DNA of 64,000 nt from Rhodosorus marinus CCMP1338 (taxonomy: Eukaryota > Plantae > Rhodophyta): the NCBI GenBank assembly GCA_029953675.1, contig JAMWBK010000007.1:806001-870000 (forward strand), given 5' to 3'. How positions within the stretch are numbered: the stretch's first letter is position 1; the number at the start of each line of letters is the position of its first letter. Under the pieces are notes generated by a model. The model did no database searches. It saw only the letters and a program-made list of their open reading frames with translations, and was not told the origin of the DNA. Positions 63,140-64,000 of this stretch are shown in pieces. A program made the translations under genes and the position numbers.

Positions 63140-64000
63140 GCGTACTAGTCAAACGACAACTTCCCAACACGGCAGTTCTCGGCCAAGGAATTCAACGGGA
63201 TAAACGGGGGGGGTTTCCTTCCTGACCTGTCCTGCCTTTTGGAGCGGGTACAGTAACCAGGCAACCCCTGCACGGAACTCATATTAACTTAAAAGACCCA
63301 ATGGCGTACACAGTATCCCATTGTCCTAGCGCTTTTCCGTGGACTTCGTCCGGAGGCAAACCGTTCCGAGAAGGTTGAGCTGATTAGGCGCGGCACTCAC
63401 ACGGGAGTGCTTACTCTAGAAGACGAAAGCAGGCCTGCCAGGCAACGTCTCCCGCTCGCTCTTCTGAGGATGAAAGCAATCCGTCTCCAACGGAGATCTC
63501 GAACTCGAGTCACACAGACAGATTTCAGTACAGGATAAAATCGTGAAACGGGTATAGTCTTGTCTGCCTAGAATGCTCTGGATCCAACTAGTCAACAGAA
63601 AGGCCAATCCACGGGATACGATCCTTTGCTTCCGTACGCTAGTCAGCAGCCAAAGCCCTCTGAAGGCTGTACTCACGCAAAGGGACCCGCAAGGAGAACA
63701 TCTTTGGGAAGCGTTCTCTGGATTCACGAGTGGGTGCTGGGTTTAAGTCGTAAGGGTCGCTTTTTCGTTCAGTTTATGGGCTTTCACACCATCCGTGCAA
63801 TGTGTCTTTCCCAAATGACCCCCAAGGAACCTTTGATGCCTACCATGGTATAGCGCCTCCCAATGGTCCGCTTCTTCCCGTTCGTGCTCTTTACCTCACC
63901 ACTGCGAAAACCGTCAGTAGGAATTTTCTTTTTGGACATTTTTAAAGGGGTGAGGAGTAGGCCCTTCGAGAGCTAGACGGACTATAGAGGAGCCTCACCC

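Overview
Gene-dense eukaryotic nuclear DNA (about 50% GC, many short GT-AG introns, sharp AT-rich intergenic islands). N-terminal M-x(0-2)-F-V plastid transit motifs on gatC, a ZIP transporter and a PsbP-domain protein suggest a unicellular red alga (inference). Housekeeping genes: NhaC-like transporter, GT61 glycosyltransferase, ribophorin I, TRIP4/RQT4, NSUN2, RNA Pol I largest subunit, AGC (DFD-type) kinase, gatC, ZIP, tandem CCCH protein, PsbP-like, homocysteine S-methyltransferase, FG-GAP propeller, BAG protein. There is also a solitary 5S rRNA and a tRNA-Glu(CTC). Two things stand out. (1) A near-tandem pair of bacterial-type RtcB RNA ligases with four shared intron positions and mitochondrial-like presequences. 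The second copy keeps the metal ligands but has lost the guanylylated His (SCSHGAGR to SCSSGVGR) and other GTP-pocket residues. It is followed by three divergent two-RRM proteins that also carry presequence-like N-termini, giving a candidate organellar RNA repair/processing module. (2) Three separate LTR-retrotransposon pol relics (copia integrase, copia RT, gypsy RT) are each arranged as long, diverged fold-back inverted repeats, i.e. candidate hairpin-RNA loci. All calls are from manual reading; no database searches were run and exon boundaries are approximate.
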